The notes under the pieces: generated by a model
Told to the model about the DNA's origin: nothing
Database searches by the model: none
The model's input: only the letters and a program-made list of their open reading frames with translations
Shown: positions 28,781-42,787 of the stretch, one piece after another
Layout of the letters: each line of letters starts with the position of its first letter
Numbering within the stretch: the first letter of the stretch is position 1
Origin: Octopus vulgaris
Lineage: Eukaryota
Assembly (NCBI GenBank): GCA_951406725.2
Contig: OX597821.1
Span: 109,988,001-110,052,000 of the forward strand
Direction of reading: 5' to 3'
Length of the DNA stretch: 64,000 nt
Program-made: the position numbers and the translations under genes

Positions 28781-30230
28781 TACACAGAAAAAAATAAGGA
28801 GAGAAACAAGGAGAGAAAAAAAATGCGTGTAGGAGCTAACGATCTATCATGGCGTCCTGACTTCGGATATATATATATCGAAATAATCTTTTTTATTCGC
28901 AAAATGAGCCCCTTTAATTTTGCTCAGATTGCTTTCAATTTGGGTGTATCGATGCAACTCTGAATTTTTATTACGATTAACCAATTACTTTATCTCGTAA
29001 ATTATATAATCTGATTTTATTTGGAATTAAATTTGGGAAATTTGGGTAATTTTAGCCAATCAACACACAGCTTTGCATTTGCTGCTTGTTACCATGACAA
29101 CTGCACGCTGTATTGCGCTTCATTTCACCCGTGACTGTGCCGCACGTTGATCCATGTTGATTTTTCACACTTGAATCTTCACACTACGTGATACTCTTCA
29201 CCCGCGTGTTTCATTCTAATTTATCTGTGTATTAGTACATTACATATTTTTCTGTGCTCCTGTGTGTTAGTATTTTTCTGTGTTAGTATTTTTGCATATT
29301 ATTTATTTCATATATTTTTCATACATATTCAGGGACTCATTGATTCAGATAACTGGATTTATGAATTCACTAGGTTAATTCTATTCATAAAAAATTTTAA
29401 TTAGGATTATTTCTTAAACCGTTAGCTTCACATTTCAACAGCTTAACTGAAAGTTAGGAACTGAGAGATATCATGGAACAGAGAAACTGTGGGTGATACA
29501 GATAATTTGACATTATTTTTGAATTCTGCATGCATAAATCATAGAAGATACAGGTATTCTTTTCCTTGGGACAAATTCTTTGTTGACCAGTGTTATTCTT
29601 ATTGTAGTTTACAAATCCAAGCATGAAAACGTTACGCAACTTTGGAGTTTTGGAGACAGACAGACAGACAGATTCACACACACACATGAATGCGTAAATG
29701 TACATATAAACTTGCATATGAATACATACATCCACCAGCACTTATATATTAATGATGTACATAAATACATGACAGGTATACGAAATATTGAAATACGCAT
29801 CAAGTAAACATATGCAGACAAATATATCAATATAACAAATTTTTTAAAATAATAAAAACATACAATCAATGAAGAAACAAAAGAAACAGTAAGATGATAC
29901 ATGGTGATTTTATTAGGTATTTCTGTTTATTTAGAAACCTACAATGAACAGATCATGTCACAGACGCTTGACTATAAATTTCACAGGGTACAACCTAAAA
30001 GTTGACACCGTTCCGCTAAACGCAGAAAATTTCCATCTCGTTATTGACTAAAAATACAGAATTTTTCCGATTTTAAAACCTTGGTAATTTTTTCCTCTAA
30101 TTTTTTTTTCTCCACATCATACCTTCATAGTAATGAGACTGGAAGACTACATTATTATAGCCGATTTTCAGATTTTTTTTACTTCCTTTTAAAAAATGCA
30201 TATTTTGCGAATGGAAGAAACTAGATCAAT

Positions 30231-30309
<79 letters not shown>

Positions 30310-30317
<8 letters not shown>

Positions 30318-30525
30318 TGTGTCTGTGTTTCAACACCCACCACCACCATTATCACCACCACCACCACCATCGCTTGACAACCGATGTTAAAGTGTTTACG
30401 TCCGGGTACTTAGCGGTTCGACCGATAGAATAAGTACCAGGCTTACAAAGTCCTGGGGTCAAGTTGTTTGACTAAAGGTGGTGCTCCAGCATGGCCCCAG
30501 TCAAGTGGCTGAAACAAGTAAAAGG
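30310..30525 (+). mobile_element. SINE family A 3' half
   Basis: Follows (GT)n and matches the 3' block. Confidence 0.8.
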
Positions 30526-31249
30526 ATAACAGATTATACTTTATTCGTGAGTGTACGTCATTTTGTGTGTGTGTATGTGTGTGTGTGTGTGTGTATGTGT
30601 ACGCATAGTTTGCGAGACTGCGCACCTGTGTATGCGTGTGTGATATGTGTAGGTATACGTGCGCGTAAGTGTATGGTCGCGCTTTTTATGTGTGTGTATA
30701 CGTGTGTAGGAGAGTGTGCGTTGTAAAAAAAAAAATTTCAAATTTTGACGTGTGGGTGTTTGTTTATGTACAGCTATGTGAGACGAGGTTAGTAATACTG
30801 TTTGAAATAAAGAAGACAACAAAAAAATATACGTAAAAATCACCCCCCAAAAAACACAGCACATAGACACACACACACACACACAAAAAATAAAAAAATA
30901 AAAAACTCCGGAATGGGTTTAGTAAAATGACACATGGGGAGTAGATTGAGTTCAAGGGACAGAGACGAAAAAGACGAGAGAGAGAGAGAGAGAAGAAGAG
31001 TGAAATAGAGAGAGAAACGAGACACGGGTGGTAGAGAAATCTTTTGGATCAGACACATGGGGTTTTTCTGTTCTGTTAGCATTTTACCATTTTTTTCTTC
31101 TTCTTCTTCTTCTTTCTGGAGTCTAGGATGGTGCCAAACAGTCTCGTATTGGAAACTGTTTTACAGATAGTAAAGCATCGGATTTCTCAAAACACGCTCT
31201 ATCAAAATACTGCATTTATATATTTGCATGTATGTGTAGGTAGGTAAGG

Positions 31250-31280
<31 letters not shown>

Positions 31281-31324
31281 GTCTATATACACACATACAT
31301 ACTTATGTGTACGTACATACATAC

Positions 31325-31364
<40 letters not shown>

Positions 31365-31427
31365 ATATATATATATATGTATATAAATGTATATGTATAT
31401 ATGTATATATGTATATATGTATATATA

Positions 31428-31484
<57 letters not shown>

Positions 31485-31557
31485 GTTGCTTTGTTTTTAT
31501 ACGCATGCATTCAGGAGTGGGATCACAGGCATGCATACATATACATGTGTGTGTGTG

Positions 31558-31671
<114 letters not shown>

Positions 31672-31674
31672 TCT

Positions 31675-32070
31675 TTTTGTCTTTTACTTCTTTCAGTCAT
31701 TAGACTGTAGTCATGCTGGGGCACCGCCTTGAATTTTAAGTCGAATGAATCGACCCCCAGGACTTATGTTATAAGCCTGATACTTATTCTATCGGGCTCT
31801 TTTGCCGAACCACCAAGTTACGGGGATGTGAACACACCAACACCGGTTGTCAAGCCGTGAGACACAAATACACACCCACACACTCACACACAGACACATA
31901 TATATATATACATATATACGACGGACTTCTTTCAGTTTCCATTTGCCAAATCCACTCACAAGGCTTTGGTCGGCCTGAGGCTATAGTAGAAGACACTTGC
32001 CCAAGGTGCCCCGCAGTGGGACTGAACCAGGAACAATGTGGCTGGTAAACAAGCTACTTACCACACAACC
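31675..32070 (-). mobile_element. SINE family A, full length
   Basis: Family layout on the minus strand. Confidence 0.85.
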
Positions 32071-32082
32071 ATGCTTTACATA

Positions 32083-32125
<43 letters not shown>

Positions 32126-32211
32126 ATAAATATTACGTGTTTCTGTATTTGACTACTACATAGAAACTGACATACAAACATATATACATTTACATATATG
32201 TCAATATGTTG

Positions 32212-32585
32212 GTGTAGCTGTGTGGTAAGTGTCTTGCTTACCAACCATATGGTTCCGGGTTCAGTCTCACTGCGTGGCACCTTGGACAAGTGTCTTTTAC
32301 TATAGCGTCAGGCTGACCAAAGCCTTATGAGTGGATGTGGTAGATGGAAACTGAAGGAAGCCCGTCGTATATATATATATATATATTCGTATATGTTTGC
32401 GTGCCTGTGATTTGTATCCACCCCACCATCGCTTAACCAGTGTTGGTGTGTCTACGTCCCCGTAACTCAGCGGTTCGGCAAAAGAGGCCGATTCAATAAG
32501 TACTTGGTTTACAAATAATTTCTTGGGTCGATTTCTTCGACGATCCAGCATGGTCGCAGTCAAATGAGTGAAGCAAATAAAATGA
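32212..32585 (+). mobile_element. SINE family A, full length
   Basis: Family layout; head-to-head with the previous copy. Confidence 0.85.
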
Positions 32586-32620
32586 GTAATATATATGTAT
32601 ATATATTCCGAGAGAGAAAG

Positions 32621-33050
32621 TAGTGTTATATGGTAGTGAAACATGGGCTACCACAAAGGGAGAAGAGCAAAGACTGGTAACGGCTCAAAGAGCCATGGAA
32701 AGGTCAATGCTTGGTATCTCGTTGAGAGAGCACATAAGTAGCAAGATCATCAGAAAGAAGTCCGGCGTGAGAGATGTCATCGCAGAGTATACACGCAGCA
32801 AGTACAGATGGGCTGGACACGTCGCCCGGCTCACCGATAATCGGTGGACGCACGCAGTTGTCGAGTGGTACCCGCGTGAGCGGAAAAGACCACCCGGAAG
32901 ACCTCCACGACGGTGGAGTTGCGATTTCAGGAGGACGATTGGGATCACGTGGATGAGAAAGGCGCGATCCAGAGAGGAGTGGACAGCGTGCTGTGACCAG
33001 CGGTGTCAAATGGACGCCTGACGGACTGGTCCGTCAAGGTGATCAAGGTG
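32621..33050 (+). mobile_element. RTE-clade LINE 3' end (open frame 32623-33021)
   Basis: LYGSETW..QRAMERSMLG..WAGHVAR..RWT...W.P...KRPPGRPPRRW; short tandem tail TCAAGGTGA x2. Confidence 0.9.
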
Positions 33051-33310
33051 AGAGAGAAAGAGAGGTGGTTATAAGCTTTATTCTATTGTACAAACTACTC
33101 CATGTTGGCCGACACCAGGAGCAAATACTTGTCAAACCTGATATTTTACAAACTTCTGGAGGATGCGAATCAAATTTCATTTCAGTGAGATTTGAACTCA
33201 GAACCTATAAATATGAAATAAATACTGCAAAATGATTTTGTTCGACCATCTAACCATTCTGCCAAAGTCACCAACAGTATCGTCTTCATAACTAAAATAT
33301 TAACTTTCTG

Positions 33311-33746
33311 GGATCTTTTTGGTTTGAACGGCAGTTTTTAAAATAATTTCCACGTAACTAAACACTTTTAAACTTCGTATACTGGTAGAATGTGTTTATA
33401 AAACATATTTTTCTCTTGGCTTCATTGAGAAAATTCTATAGTTTGTAAGCTATTTGTTGTTTTTTTCTTCAATTTCTGCAATTTCAACCAATCACTGACG
33501 TCCATTGAGGTAAGCAACATTCTGTGCCGTATAAATATGTCCCTCGTTTAAAAAACAGATTGGGTTTATTTACATTTGTGAAGAAAAAAGATACCCTTCC
33601 CTCCACCCCTAACCCTAACCGTAACCCTAACTAACCCTAACCCTAAAATAGATTGAAATGCAATAGATCGATACTAGGGTCATAATTATGAGTGACAATT
33701 TCATATGACACTGCTATAAAAAACTGCCTTCAAACCGAAAAGATTC
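33311..33746. mobile_element. Non-autonomous DNA transposon, 8-bp TSD, probably Merlin (hAT not excluded), with internal CCCTAA repeats
   Basis: TIRs GGATCTTTTTGGTTTGAACGGCAGTTTTT / AAAAACTGCCTTCAAACCGAAAAGATTC; perfect TSD ACTTTCTG at 33303-33310 and 33747-33754. Confidence 0.85.
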
Positions 33747-33869
33747 ACTTTCTGTCTAATATATAAAAGTGAACGCAAAGCATTAGAAGTCGGGTAACTT
33801 ACAGCTATTTAAATCTAAGTAGCCAGTTAGGAAATGTTTGTAAGAGATGAAAGTAATAACTATACTCTT

Positions 33870-34035
33870 TACTACTCAAGGCACAAGGCCTGAAATTTGG
33901 GGGTAGAATTTGAACTCAGATCATAAAGACAGATGAAATACCTATTTCTGTACTACCCGCAAGGGACTAAACACAGAGAGGACAAACAAGGACAGAGAAA
34001 CGGATTAAGTCGATTATATCGACCCCAGTGCGTAT
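33870..34035 (-). mobile_element. SINE family B fragment
   Basis: AAACACAGAGAGGACAAACAAGGACAGA..GATTAAGTCGATTATATCGACCCCAGTGCG. Confidence 0.75.
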
Positions 34036-34680
34036 CGACCCCAGTGCGCAGCCACGCCTGCGCCTACGTTTTAAAAAGTCCTATTGTGTTTTTAGAATTA
34101 AATATTATTATGAATCGTATAAAAATGTTTAAAATATTTTGTGCATTGCAGAAACATCACCAATTTAATGCAGATAAATTTTAATGACAAAATCTTACAT
34201 GGACCCTCAAGGGTCAATTGAACTCCGGCTGAGAACCACTTTATGTCGAGGATCCTTGGTTTCTGATCAAAATATTCTTGGAACTGAATATACCAATAGC
34301 AGTACTGTTTTCTTATGAGTTTGTATTCTTTAAAGTTATATCATATCGCAAATTATTGAAGCTGGTAGACGAATGAAGACATTGACAGGAATTGTTTTTG
34401 TAACATAAATTGTTTTTAAATCTTGGTGAGAGATGGTTTTATTGTATGTTAATGTGAGAATGTGTTTGTTTAGATGTTTCAATGTGAATAAGTGTGTGTG
34501 AAAAGATAACGTGCACACATCGCGTATATATGTATATAATGAGTATGCATATAAATATATATACTTGTGTGTGCATGTGCGTACATGCATGTGTGTGTAT
34601 ATGTGTGCATATGCGGATTCTATGAATGAAGTATTACATTCACCATGCCTATGTATATATATATATACACACACACATAC

Positions 34681-34807
<127 letters not shown>

Positions 34808-34967
34808 ATATAAATTAGAGATAAAACCTATTAGGCAACTCAAACAGTGATAGACATGAACCAAAACATAAAAAATAAAAAAATGAATATAGTTAATATA
34901 ATATATAATATATATAAAATATAAAATTTAAAATTTAAATTATTAAAATTTTAAATTTTAATATTTT

Positions 34968-35005
<38 letters not shown>

Positions 35006-35019
35006 AAATATTAAAATTT

Positions 35020-35057
<38 letters not shown>

Positions 35058-35143
35058 ATAAATATTAGGGAATAAATCCAAATTTACAGGGAAAAAATCA
35101 GATTTAGGATTAAATCCAATTTTATAGTAAAATATTATATAAT

Positions 35144-35284
35144 ATTATTAGAGACAAAACCACTATTTTGCAAAACAAACAAGGAAAGACTTAATCAATA
35201 CATAAAATTTTAATAAAAAGTCAAAATTTTATGTATTGATTAAGTCTTTCCTTGTTTGTTTTGCAAAATAGTGGTTTTGTCTCT

Positions 35285-35291
<7 letters not shown>
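35144..35291. repeat. Perfect fold-back hairpin (~67-bp arms)
   Basis: ATTATTAGAGACAAAACCACTATTTTGCAAAACAAACAAGGAAAGACTTAATCAATACATAAAATTTT followed, after a short loop, by its reverse complement. Confidence 0.95.
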
Positions 35292-35344
<53 letters not shown>

Positions 35345-35447
35345 ATAAAAATGCTAAGACAATAAAGTAATGAAAGAGACCTCGATATTATGTGAATAGA
35401 GGAATTTATCTGTAAAATTTAATATGTGACAATTATTCGGTAGCTAT

Positions 35448-35508
35448 GATAAAACTCCGAGTTTCGGATGCCGAGGTGGAAATCCACGCCGCCATCTCTT
35501 CAGTTATC
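35448..35508 (-). ncRNA. Type I hammerhead ribozyme, well formed
   Basis: Stem I GATAA/TTATC; CTGAAGA; stem II GATG..GTGG/CCAC..CATC; GAAACTC-G-GAGTT (GUU triplet); enclosed by a 23-bp inverted repeat at 35421-35443 / 35526-35548. Confidence 0.75.
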
Positions 35509-36009
35509 TGGCCAGCGGAAAAATACTACCGAATAATTGTCACATATTACTTTTACAGATATATATATATATGCATACATATAGACATACATACATATAT
35601 ATACTGTATGTATGCATTTATATGTGTGTATAGGTATAGTATGTGTGTGTGTGTGTATGTGTATGAAACATCTTGTATTGTCTGTAGTATTAGTATGCGC
35701 GTTCTAACTTTCTGAAGATATAATTTACGAACATGAAGCTTTAATATTGGTACGGTTCGTGTAAAGAACATCAAGCTATTTCGTATCAATTTTTTATATT
35801 GCAAACACGCCTATATTCAAGTTTGATGATTTTAATCAACAATTTTTCATATTTTCTTATGGGTTCTTTATTCGTCGTGTAGAACAGTGGCATTTCTAAA
35901 CCCCTTGATCTGATGTTTCGAGATTTTCACGCACCGATATTATACATATGTAATACGGAACCAATCTTTGAAAAAATTTCTCCATCCTTTGTTTTATTAC
36001 GTTGTGTTG

Positions 36010-36445
36010 ATTCAAAAGTCTTGCAATATTTTGGTAACCTATTTGGTTTCCTCATCAAGCAGCCTAGCATTCAAAGTAAAGGCTATCGTATTGTATGGCC
36101 TGAAGCTACCTTTCTGACAGTTCTTTGATCCATGTTGATACAGTTCTTGTCCTTCGAGGAGAAGAATTCCTTCGAGGAGAAGAATTCCTTCGAGAAGAAG
36201 AATTCCTTCGAGGAGAAGAATTCCTTCGAGGAGAAGCTTCCATCTTCTCTTCGTTGTTGAAGTGTCCTAAGCGCAGGAAGTGAGCCTCGAAGGACAACTA
36301 CTAGCATGGGATCAAAGAACTAGCAGAAAGGTGGTTTCAGACAGTGTAACACAAAGCCCCTACTTTGAATGATGGGCTGTTTGTGTTGTAACTTGACGAA
36401 TGAAGGACATAATTTACCAAAATATTGTAAAACGTTTTGACCCTT
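36010..36445. mobile_element. Mariner-derived fold-back: two inverted transposase 3' ends plus an 18-bp tandem
   Basis: Minus strand AHFLR..HFNNEEKMEAS..KEFFSSKDKN/../IKELSER; plus strand HGIKELAERWFQTV../YFE*; CCTTCGAGGAGAAGAATT x~5 at 36151-36237. Confidence 0.7.
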
Positions 36446-36481
36446 CGATAATATTTTCAGTAGCCCAACCATTACATTCCC

Positions 36482-36628
36482 AAAATTATGTACATTATTT
36501 ACCTTTGATGGATATTTGTCCTCATCTTGTTTGTTTTAAACACGTTTCGGCTGATGTACCCTCCAGCCTTCATCAGGTGTCTTAGGGAAATTTTGAACCT
36601 GGGTTCTCATTCCTAGGGTATTTTTCGA

Positions 36629-36697
<69 letters not shown>

Positions 36698-36769
36698 CAT
36701 CATCATCTTTATTGTTCAGGTCACTGCGTGTTCAGGTCACTGCCGAGTTCGATTTCAGGAAGTGACCTG

Positions 36770-36812
<43 letters not shown>

Positions 36813-37114
36813 GCAACAACAACAACAACAACAATAATAGTAATAATAATAATAATAATAATAATATTAATAATAATAATAATAATAATAATAATGATTA
36901 TAATAATAACAACAACAACAACACCAACAACATCGAAAAATACCTTAGGAATGAGAACCCAGGTTCAAAATTTCCCCAAGACACCTGATGAAGGTTGGAG
37001 GGTATATCAGCCGAAATGTTGTGCTAAGAACAAACAAGATGAAGACAAATAACCGTCAAATGTAAATAATGTAAATAATGCACATAATTCCTCATCTCTT
37101 AAATATAGAACTGT
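36482..37114. mobile_element. Palindromic Penelope-type insertion with two hammerhead motifs and an 11-bp TSD
   Basis: Arms at about 36485-36725 and 36759-37088 are reverse complements; ATTACATTCCC flanks both sides (36471-36481, 37115-37125); hammerhead cores at 36538-36581(-) and 36980-37024(+). Confidence 0.8.
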
Positions 37115-38320
37115 ATTACATTCCCTGTCGGTAACTCTTATTTGCATTGATTCCGTATCCCTTCGTTGGATTCTAGTTACTTCTTCCAGGATCAGGACTT
37201 ATTGACTGTGTTCGTTCATTATACTCCATTTCTTGACGTCTTCTTGCCTATTATATATTCTATAATACTATAAGCAATATAAAATAGGAAACAAGAAAAG
37301 TCACTAATAAATAATACTGTGATTCACGATAGAATCTCACGAAAAAGAAATTATAAAAGAAAACATAAGGGGAATCATTGTGGTAACTTTACTAGTGCCA
37401 CTTTACAATTCTAAATGAATCACGGTGAGAGACTGCATATGAAGATATCATATGATATTCTGAAATCTCGGTGACTTATCAGTGGATAATTTTGAGTCAG
37501 GCGTTGATGAATTCAGCACTCATGAAATAATTCTCATGACCCTTTGCGACTTAATACAGAACCCACGGATTGCTCTTCATTATAACAGCATAATTTGAAT
37601 ACGAGATCGTAGAAGTTTCGAAACGTCAGACCAATGGATTGAGGAATATTATTGTTTGAAAGCGAAAATGGATGAATACTAAAGGAATCCTTACTTATAA
37701 AGAACAAACTCGAAAACTATGGTGTTTTTAGTTTAACATAGTTACACTTTTTTCTTTTAACATAGTTACACTTTTTCATTTTTCCCGAGCGTCAAAACTA
37801 ATATACTTGTTTGTTGTTCATACACCTGTCTTCGTCATTTGTTTTTCTATAAATTTCAACTATATATATATATAGCTATGGTATATTCCATTAGGAATGT
37901 GGCGGAGTACAGTATAAACCTCGTCCACCCTTAGCATTACTCAATACTCTCCGGTAGCATTATTATATATTTTCAAGTTTACGTTTGGGCATTCGTCATG
38001 TGTGTATATATAGACACACTCTGGCAGCAAGCAACATGCATCTACTGGATGCTCCCGATTTCAAACCAAGTCAGACGGAGGGGATCGTCTTGAAATCGAG
38101 GTTTATAAACTGACGGAGGCAACACTAGAATGTCACCTGAGGAAACACAACTAGATCACATTATGCAAAGAAACAGTTGCATAAGCAAATACCTATATTT
38201 TGGGAGAACTTCGTTGCGTGGAAACATTTGTAGAGATTAAAAAATAACTGTTCAACCGTACTCCTTCAATCTTATGTGTATGTGTGTGTGTGTATGTGTG
38301 TGTGTGCGTGCGTGCGTGGG

Positions 38321-38368
<48 letters not shown>

Positions 38369-38636
38369 CTGTGTATAAGCGTGTATGTTTTTCAGCATGT
38401 ATGATGCGTGCAATGGATTGTTTTTTAACGGTGGATGAATCTATAAATAATACAAAATGTAAATGTTGAATTACATCCCCTTGGATGGATATGTATGAAT
38501 GAATGTATGTATAGATATATATATACACACATACATATATGCGTATGTATGTATATATATAGATATATATACATATATATATATATATACACATATATAT
38601 ACCCACACACACACATATATATATACATACATACAC

Positions 38637-38720
<84 letters not shown>

Positions 38721-39193
38721 CACCGGGTGGTGCTATTAAGTTAGACATGGCCTGGGCCAATAATGGCCGAAACCTATCAAAGTATCAAAGTATCAAAGTA
38801 TATATATATATATCTGCGTATCTATACATGCTTCTGTGTGTGTATGTATGGGTGTGTGAGAGAGGGAGAGAGAGAGATAGAAATATACAGTTTGTATGTT
38901 TGTGTCAGTGTGTCAGCATCAGCGTGTGTGTGCGTGCGTGTGTACGTGCGCGCGCGCGTGTGTGTGTACATGTCTGCTAGACTATTTATAATGATGTCCA
39001 ATGGCAGAAACGGAAGACTGGCACCAAATTAAATGCATTGCGGTGTTTAGTTTGATATTTCCCACCATTAAACACACCTCAAATGCTACATCTGTTTCAC
39101 TGATTAAGATGTACTATTAGAGACGAAGTACTTATTACATAGGGGAATAGATCTCTCTCTCTCTCTCTCACGCTTTCCCTCATAATACTTTTT

Positions 39194-39231
<38 letters not shown>

Positions 39232-39367
39232 ACTCTCTATATAGATATATACATAAATGTATGTCTATATGTGTTTGTATGTATGTATGCATGCCTATAT
39301 ATATATTCATATATATATGCCTATATGTTGTGTATATATATATACATATGTATATATATATATATAC

Positions 39368-39434
<67 letters not shown>

Positions 39435-39460
39435 CAAACTTACAACCCTCCACCCTGTCT

Positions 39461-39548
<88 letters not shown>

Positions 39549-39964
39549 GTATCTATGTATGTATATATGTATGTATCTATCTATCTGTCTGTCTGTCTGT
39601 CTGTCTATCTTTCTATCTATCAATATATATATGTGTGTGTGTGTGTGTGATTGTGTGTGTGCGTGTGTGTGTGTGTGTGGATATATAGGCACACACACAC
39701 ATACATAAATATATAAGGCAATGCCACAGCATGACCGCAGTCTCATGACTGAAACATGTAAAAGATTGAAGACTATATATATATATATATATCGGAGTAA
39801 ATGCACTATCGATCAGATTCCCGAGAGAGGGCGACACAGAACGAACGCTATGTTTTCACACCTCTTAACCATAAGAGAGATTCTATCTCCACAGTAGCAG
39901 TTGAATTATGCGACAAACATATTTCAACTAACCTAAATTGTGAATATATATGTTTGGTTATTTT

Positions 39965-40004
39965 TGGTGGGATGTTTGGTGGGAAGACAAGCACAGATAC
40001 AAAG

Positions 40005-40035
<31 letters not shown>

Positions 40036-40240
40036 CACGCACGCGCACACACACACACACATACACACACACATATATATATACGACGGGCTTTAGGTTT
40101 CCGTTAACCAAATCCACTCACAAGTCTTTGGTCGGCCCGAAGCCATAGTAGAAGACACTTGCCCAAGGTACCACGCCATGAGACTGAACCCGGAACCATG
40201 CGACTAGGGACCAAGCTTCTTACCACACAGTCACGCCAGC
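39965..40240 (-). mobile_element. SINE family A 5' part, abutting a plus-strand 3' tail (40253-40332)
   Basis: Matches the family head and tail blocks. Confidence 0.75.
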
Positions 40241-40408
40241 CCCTAATATACTTCGACTAAGGGTGGTGCGACAGCATGGCCGCAGTCAAGTGACTGAAAC
40301 AAGTAAAAGAGTAAAAGAATAAAAGAATAAAAGGATATATATATATATATATATATACGAAAGAAGGTATATAATTCCACTCGTGCGATACCCCACAACT
40401 CAACTTTG

Positions 40409-40522
<114 letters not shown>

Positions 40523-40901
40523 GAATAGATTCGTAGATTGAATAGATTTTATGGGTTAGCGTGCGTGTATTTTGTGAGTGTGTGTGTGTGTGTGTGTATG
40601 CATTGTATGTGAGACTGCGCACCTGTGTATGTGTGTGTATGTCCGTAGTTTTATTACGAATCATTGTGAGTTGCTCGCCGAGTAGTATTAGTTGTATGAT
40701 AGCACGTGCAACAAGGAGGATCTTTTCTGATAACATTTCGTTGAGATATTTTCGTTAATAGATATATAAATGGCGTCAAATGCCATTATTTGTTTCAAGT
40801 GATTTATTTGTATGGAGCGCTTATGTGCACTTCTATGTGTGTTTATGGTCTGTGTATGCTTATATATATATATATCAATACACACACACACACACATACA
40901 T

Positions 40902-41195
<294 letters not shown>

Positions 41196-41611
41196 AAGGA
41201 TGTTAATATATGATCTGTGTGTGTGTGTGTGTGTGTGTGTCTATGTGTGTGTTTGTGTATACATCGATATTAACAGTAGAAAGCGAATTAGATAAAGCTA
41301 TAAAAAAGAACATGTAAATATCACGTAAGCACAGGCTCTCTCACTCTCACTCTCTCTCTTTCTCTTTCTCTCTCTCTCTCCTCTCTTTCACAGACACACA
41401 GATAGACACTCACACACACACACACATTTACGCACACATTGAGAGAAAGAGAGAGGCAGACAGACAGAGAAACATGATTAGAACTAAACACGCGTACATA
41501 CATGCCTATAAATGTGTGTGTCTATCTCAATTTGTATATATATATATATATATATATATTTGTACGTGTGTGTGTATAGATATATGTACATATATATGCA
41601 CATATATTTAT

Positions 41612-41648
<37 letters not shown>

Positions 41649-42052
41649 TTTGTATATATGAGTAAGTAAGCGTATGTTAATTGGTACGTATAACTAACTA
41701 GATTTTGGGTACATCCATACATGAAAAGCAAAAAGAGGCTAGACGTTGTTAGTGTGTACTGAGAAAGCTAAAAACATCGCGATCTTTGTAAGAGATAGTA
41801 GAGTTTTTACTGCCTCTAGAGTTCAGCTGTTCAACGATGTCTTGTAGAAAGATTCCGCAGACATCTGTCATTTTAGTTGAGATATATGGTGGGGACAGAC
41901 ATGGAAACGGGAAGAAACCAGCTTATCCATGTCTAATCGCAGTTTATATGCATACGTATGTATCTCTCTCTCTCTCTCTTTCTCTCCATGTATATATACA
42001 CACACACATATATATATATATGTGTGGGTATATATATATATATATATGTGGG

Positions 42053-42091
<39 letters not shown>

Positions 42092-42118
42092 ACCTCTCCC
42101 TCTCTCTCCCTCTCCCCC

Positions 42119-42149
<31 letters not shown>

Positions 42150-42269
42150 CATAATTACAATGTGTTGCAGTGAAAGAGAAGGATAGAGAGCGATAAATCG
42201 AGATTAAAACGGAAGACGCAAAATGGAGGAATAGAACTCTCGTATATTTGTGCATGTGTGAATGCGTGC

Positions 42270-42339
<70 letters not shown>

Positions 42340-42366
42340 CAAAAGTTTAAAAAAACGGGTTATGTA

Positions 42367-42407
<41 letters not shown>

Positions 42408-42521
42408 GCATATACATGCATACACACGCACACACACACACACACACATATATATATGTGTGTGCGTGTGTATTTTATATATATATGTATGTATGCATGT
42501 ATGTATGTATGTATGTATATA

Positions 42522-42787
<266 letters not shown>

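Noticed and set aside
28870-30210. Possible DNA-transposon remnants
   Set aside because: No TIR pair, TSD or coding motif could be established by eye.
33607-33646. Telomere or chromosome fusion site
   Set aside because: Only about 5 imperfect units, internal to a TIR/TSD-bounded element.
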